NCBI GenBank assembly: GCA_011526375.1 | Contig: WTIT01000151.1 | Span: forward strand, 42,130 to 106,129 | Length of the DNA: 64,000 bases | Direction of reading: 5' to 3' | Source of the DNA: Methanobacteriota archaeon | GTDB lineage: Archaea; Thermoplasmatota; Poseidoniia; Poseidoniales; Poseidoniaceae | Shown here: piece after piece, positions 60,568 to 64,000 of the stretch | Layout: each line of letters opens with the position of its first letter | How positions within the stretch are numbered: position 1 is the first letter of the stretch | The notes under the pieces: model-generated | Database searches by the model: none | What the model saw: the letters and a program-made list of their open reading frames with translations, nothing else | Told to the model about the DNA's origin: nothing | Program-made: the position numbers and the translations under genes

Positions 60568-61194
60568 CTATTGATTTGTTGTATCTATACCAGGCAACTG
60601 ATCTTCAGATTCTCGATACACTGTGCGCATGTTATTGATGAAGTTACGTTCTTTAATTACCAATATGAACTCGTCGAAACCAGGGTCTTCCTCGCCATCT
60701 AGATGATTTAATAGAACCTCTAGAGTAATTCTTGCTCCTTCCCTGTGCGGATAACCAAAAATTCCCATAGACAATGGAGGTGACACAATTCGCCTAACAT
60801 CGTCCATTTCTTTGAAGCGGTCAAAGAGGTTGTGATAGGTTTCTGGCAATAGTTGTCTCCTTGATTCATCTTGACTAGGCCTGCGACAATCTGGTCCTAC
60901 GGCGTGAATAATGTGTTTGTAATTAGTTGACAGAGCATACGGTTCTGTGACAACATTATGGGTTACTGCACACGGAGGGGCGTTGATTTTCCGCTTCTCC
61001 AAACAAATATTTCGAGTTACCTGAGTCAGTTCTGGTCCTGCTTTGGCATGAACCATTGAATCCAGTCCTTCTCGACCAGATAAGCGATTATTTGCCGGAG
61101 TTATGAGGGCGTCACCTGTATGATCCCATAATTCTCCACCTACAACAGTTAAGACACCCCATTTGCAGGTTCTGGACATATATAGTTCCGGCAT
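60568..61194 (-). CDS. Macro domain protein (MacroD-like ADP-ribose-binding/processing)
   Basis: GDALITPANNRLSGREGLDSMVHAKAGPEL, YKHIIHAVGP and SMGIFGYP parallel the human MacroD1 macro domain. Confidence 0.7.
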   Translation of the reverse strand: MPELYMSRTCKWGVLTVVGGELWDHTGDALITPANNRLSGREGLDSMVHAKAGPELTQVTRNICLEKRKINAPPCAVTHNVVTEPYALSTNYKHIIHAVGPDCRRPSQDESRRQLLPETYHNLFDRFKEMDDVRRIVSPPLSMGIFGYPHREGARITLEVLLNHLDGEEDPGFDEFILVIKERNFINNMRTVYRESEDQLPGIDTTNQ

Positions 61195-61228
61195 CGTGTA
61201 AGCAAGGTGGGGTGTCTTACTTATTTAG

Positions 61229-61246
61229 TTCGCAAAAATGTGCGAA
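61229..61246. promoter_or_regulatory. Palindrome TTCGCA-AAAATG-TGCGAA upstream of the RAM-domain gene (Lrp-like operator candidate)
   Basis: Perfect 6-bp inverted arms with a 6-nt A-rich spacer, followed by a T-rich tract, ~90 bp upstream of the ATG at 61334. Confidence 0.3.
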
Positions 61247-61333
61247 TTTTTGTTGATTTTATCCAATTTATAAGTTACCGAATGTTTTAGCGGAATAATT
61301 CATTATGTACCTAGTCATAGGAGTAATGATAGC

Positions 61334-61570
61334 ATGGCTGTGGGATATGTATTGGTTAACGTGACACCCGGAATGGAAATTGAAGCTTACAACACCATCA
61401 AGGGAATGAAGAATGTTGATGACATAACAGTCTTGTTCGGTGATTATGATTTGATAATCAAACTAGTTGCTGACGATTTAGCCTCAATCGCAAAAACTGT
61501 CGTTGAGACTATTCGTCCTGTAGAGGGAGTCATAAACACAAAAACTCTTGCTGGTGCAGATGTAGTTTAG
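61334..61570 (+). CDS. Stand-alone RAM (Lrp/AsnC C-terminal ligand-binding) domain protein
   Basis: 78 aa with a beta-alpha-beta-beta-alpha-beta pattern, YVLVNV...DYDLIIKL, typical of RAM domains. Confidence 0.6.
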   Translation: MAVGYVLVNVTPGMEIEAYNTIKGMKNVDDITVLFGDYDLIIKLVADDLASIAKTVVETIRPVEGVINTKTLAGADVV

Positions 61571-61710
61571 TATGGCTTTGCATACTCCGTTTATCCAAAA
61601 AGCGCACTTCCGAAAGGGGTGCTGCGCCCTATATGTAGCGCAGTATAGCGGTTTTTCGGCATAAATACTATATACCTAACCAATTTACTTAGTACCGGAG
61701 GTTATCCAAA

Positions 61711-61974
61711 ATGTCTGATAAGAAATATTTCGTCCTAATGCAGGGCGGTAAAGATACAAGCCAAGTATTTGCGAGCAAACAACCACGTGGTGCAGCCCTA
61801 AAAGCCGCAACCCGTGGACACACCGATATACGCCTAAGAGAGCGTGGAACCAAGAGAGTCCACTGCTTTACTGGCAGCATATCAATGGTTGACAAGCCTG
61901 CAAACGGCCCAGCCTGGCTTCCTGACAAGATCAAGAAGGCAAACGTAAAGAAAATCGGAATCGAACACCTTTGA
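61711..61974 (+). CDS. Archaeal chromosomal protein MC1
   Basis: [15 protein letters not shown] and [14 protein letters not shown] match the MC1 signature segments I recall ([29 protein letters not shown]). A GGAGGT lies 8 nt before the ATG and TATATA ~40 nt upstream. Confidence 0.8.
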   Translation: MSDKKYFVLMQGGKDTSQVFASKQPRGAALKAATRGHTDIRLRERGTKRVHCFTGSISMVDKPANGPAWLPDKIKKANVKKIGIEHL

Positions 61975-62011
61975 GTGACTTTTTCGAGTCTTTAGACACC
62001 TTATGAACTGA

Positions 62012-62071
62012 TATATTCCGCGGAATATAACTGCCCCTTCGAAGGTTTAGGCCTTCGAGGGGGCCTTTTTT
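62012..62071. terminator. Tandem hairpins plus T6 tract, bidirectional terminator candidate after the MC1 gene
   Basis: The palindrome TATATTCCGCGGAATATA, then a 12-bp stem CCCCTTCGAAGG/CCTTCGAGGGGG (one G-U pair), then CCTTTTTT. It overlaps the 3-prime end of the convergent minus-strand ORF. Confidence 0.5.
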
Positions 62072-62448
62072 AATTTCATAATCTTAAACAGAATAATTGC
62101 AATAATTATCTCTATCAACAACCAAACAAATTGAACTCTTGAATCAAAAGCATACATTGCTAGAGCAATAAATCTAGTCACAAAATACGTAAGGTCAAGA
62201 ACTAATAACAAAAATAGCAACTTATAGATTCTAGATTCCTCATATAATCTACTGATATTTATTAGAAAAATCCCGATTCCGAGCGGCAATACAGAATATC
62301 GTAATTTGAAGTCTATCTTTTCTTTTACACTCATTGAATCAGACGAATCTACAATCCTTTCCGGGAACAAAAATAAAATTACGCCTACAATAATTAGCGT
62401 AGTGCCTGTAATCAGTTGGTAAGCTAATGTTCTACTCATGAACACCAC
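62047..62448 (-). CDS. Small membrane protein, unknown function
   Basis: ORF with 3-4 hydrophobic helices. Confidence 0.3.
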   Translation of the reverse strand: MVFMSRTLAYQLITGTTLIIVGVILFLFPERIVDSSDSMSVKEKIDFKLRYSVLPLGIGIFLINISRLYEESRIYKLLFLLLVLDLTYFVTRFIALAMYAFDSRVQFVWLLIEIIIAIILFKIMKLKKAPSKA

Positions 62449-62836
62449 CTTTTGGTATCCAATTTCCTACCCAGAGCGCTACAGCAATCATCAGTAGTTG
62501 CCCGATTAGGCGTAAGATATGCCATATAGGTTCAAACGTATTGTCATCTATCGGAATATCATTAATCCACATATTTAGGTTAGCCCAGTATACTGCAACG
62601 AGGAACATTGCCATCAACATGGCAGAATATCTACGTGTCATAGGAATCACCAGACCTAATCCGAGGCCAATTTCCATAATACCTGTAATCAATACCCAAA
62701 ACGTCGGGTCTCCAAGCACCTCCGGAACTATCGGTTCAAACCATTTCGTGTCGGTAAAATGCGCTATACCAACATTAACAAAAAATAAACCTAGAACCGT
62801 CGACAAAGTAACCTTTGCCAATTCGGCTTTACTCAT
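62432..62836 (-). CDS. DoxX-family membrane protein
   Basis: Four TMs in the DoxX-like pattern (GIMEIGLGLGLVIP). Confidence 0.5.
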   Translation of the reverse strand: MSKAELAKVTLSTVLGLFFVNVGIAHFTDTKWFEPIVPEVLGDPTFWVLITGIMEIGLGLGLVIPMTRRYSAMLMAMFLVAVYWANLNMWINDIPIDDNTFEPIWHILRLIGQLLMIAVALWVGNWIPKGGVHE

Positions 62837-62848
62837 TGGTTGTCTCCT

Positions 62849-63619
62849 TCAATAACGGACTTTTTGACGGGTCAAAGTTCGCCAAATTCTCTGCAGAGGA
62901 TCGTAGTACCTGTCAACTACTCGTTCTTTGAGCTGAATAATCGCATCATCAGTAATTTGAATTCCGGCTGGACATACCTCTGTACAACAACGTGTAATAT
63001 TACAGTACTCAACACCAAATTCTTTCTTAATTTCCGGAACTCTGTCTTCTAAATCCAATGGGTGCATCTCATATTGAGCAAGCCTGACTAGATTTCTTGG
63101 ACCCGCAAAGTCATCGAATAACTCGTGATCTCTAAGCACGTGACAAGTGTTTACACAGAGGAAACATTCTATACATTCTCTGAAGTGTTGAACTCTGTCT
63201 GCTTCCATTTGATTAAATTCCCAGTTCATTTCTTCTGGGCCATTTATTGGCTTGATTTTTTGAGCCACATCATAGTTCCATGAAACATCAGTAACTAAAT
63301 CCTTGATATGTGGAAATGTTTTCATTGGGCGTATATCAATAGGTTCTCCCTCTTTGACTTCGTCAACGACATCACTCATTCTTGTCATACACATCAAACG
63401 CGGCCTACCATTGATTTCCGCTGAACATGACCCACACTTTCCAGCTTTGCAATTCCATCTCACCGCCAAATCAGGTTCCTGCTCGTATTGAATTCGATGA
63501 ACGCAGTCTAGAACAACCATGCCCTCATCCAACTCTATTTCATAATCCTCCATCGAAGCATTTTCTCCTTCTCCTCTGGTAATCTTGAAATTCTGTTTCT
63601 TACCCTTTAGTGACATCAT
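62849..63619 (-). CDS. sdhB: Succinate dehydrogenase/fumarate reductase iron-sulfur subunit
   Basis: 2Fe-2S CKAGKCGSCSAEINGRPRLMC, 4Fe-4S CIECFLCVNTCHV and 3Fe-4S CNITRCCTEVCP. Confidence 0.9.
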   Translation of the reverse strand: MMSLKGKKQNFKITRGEGENASMEDYEIELDEGMVVLDCVHRIQYEQEPDLAVRWNCKAGKCGSCSAEINGRPRLMCMTRMSDVVDEVKEGEPIDIRPMKTFPHIKDLVTDVSWNYDVAQKIKPINGPEEMNWEFNQMEADRVQHFRECIECFLCVNTCHVLRDHELFDDFAGPRNLVRLAQYEMHPLDLEDRVPEIKKEFGVEYCNITRCCTEVCPAGIQITDDAIIQLKERVVDRYYDPLQRIWRTLTRQKVRY

Positions 63620-64000
63620 TTACCACCTCCTGCTTCCGCAGCACGCTCAGCAATCATGTCTTTGACTTCCTTGATTGCATCTTTTAGATCATCACGCATT
63701 TCGACAACAGGGTCTTGGCGAACTTTTATTTCGCCATTTTCCATGTAGATTATGTTGATTGTTTTACCCCAGTATTCATCATCAGGAACGGGGAAATCAT
63801 CACGAGTGTGACCGCCTCTGCTCTCTTCACGAGTTACAGCTGCTAGTGTCGCTGCGTAAGAAACGTCGACCATATTTTTCAAATCTAGCGCCTGGTGCCA
63901 TCCTGAATTGTATTTCCTTGAGGCGCCAGGATAGGCGGCAATCCTTCTTGCTTCAAATGCCTTCAAATCCTCAATCGCTTCATCTAACTCCTGCTTGGTT
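63616..64000 (-). CDS. sdhA: Succinate dehydrogenase flavoprotein subunit, C-terminal part (N-terminus lies beyond the window)
   Basis: C-terminal REESRGGHTRDDFP, typical of SdhA/FrdA. The reading frame continues to the window end. Confidence 0.75.
   Translation of the reverse strand, partial: TKQELDEAIEDLKAFEARRIAAYPGASRKYNSGWHQALDLKNMVDVSYAATLAAVTREESRGGHTRDDFPVPDDEYWGKTINIIYMENGEIKVRQDPVVEMRDDLKDAIKEVKDMIAERAAEAGGGK

Noticed and set aside
61571-61700. Imperfect hairpins (GCGCAC...GTGCTGCGC and others) between the RAM gene and MC1 as a possible terminator or riboswitch.
   Set aside because: The stems are imperfect and no T-tract follows. The region is more likely just the MC1 promoter/UTR, so I recorded only the TATA and SD elements.
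1-64000. Whole-window scan for CRISPR arrays, rRNA genes, IS elements, transposases or integrases.
   Set aside because: No regularly spaced direct repeats, no rRNA-like conserved stretches, and no transposase, integrase or recombinase-like ORFs. The only tandem repeat is the coding (EP)n hexamer repeat.

Overview
This 64 kb window is densely coding (about 90%), roughly 40% GC, and almost certainly archaeal. Alba, the MC1 chromatin protein, Hjc resolvase, Bud32, an archaeal-type S26B signal peptidase, a class III signal-peptide pilin and an oligo-T terminator all point that way, and the gene content would suit a marine euryarchaeon such as Poseidoniales/MGII, although that placement cannot be confirmed from sequence alone. 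There are no rRNA genes, CRISPR arrays, transposases or integrases. Core genes are threonyl- and seryl-tRNA synthetases, one tRNA-Gly(GCC), MoaE/MoaC, GlpX FBPase, a DhnA-type aldolase, NadA, FolC, dCMP deaminase, succinate dehydrogenase B and partial A, Lhr helicase, Hjc, site-2 protease and ApbC/Mrp with its DUF971 partner. A beta-oxidation-like cluster (three crotonases, 3-hydroxyacyl-CoA dehydrogenase, aldehyde dehydrogenase, DMT permease) includes a BoxB/PaaA-like diiron oxygenase. A Tad-like type IV pilus operon carries a FlaI/TadA ATPase, two single-domain platform proteins and pilin-like proteins. The features most worth follow-up are a PPAT fused to a DUF359 dephospho-CoA kinase, a divergent pair of winged-helix genes (one an 840-aa protein of unknown function) flanking a perfect 13-bp inverted repeat, a presenilin-like intramembrane protease with a large extracellular insertion, a PAP2 phosphatase fused to a beta-propeller-like domain, a macro-domain gene co-operonic with a DacZ-type diadenylate cyclase, a candidate structured ncRNA downstream of the 840-aa gene, and several palindromic putative operators. 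Coordinates for motifs I located by hand may be off by 1-2 nt.
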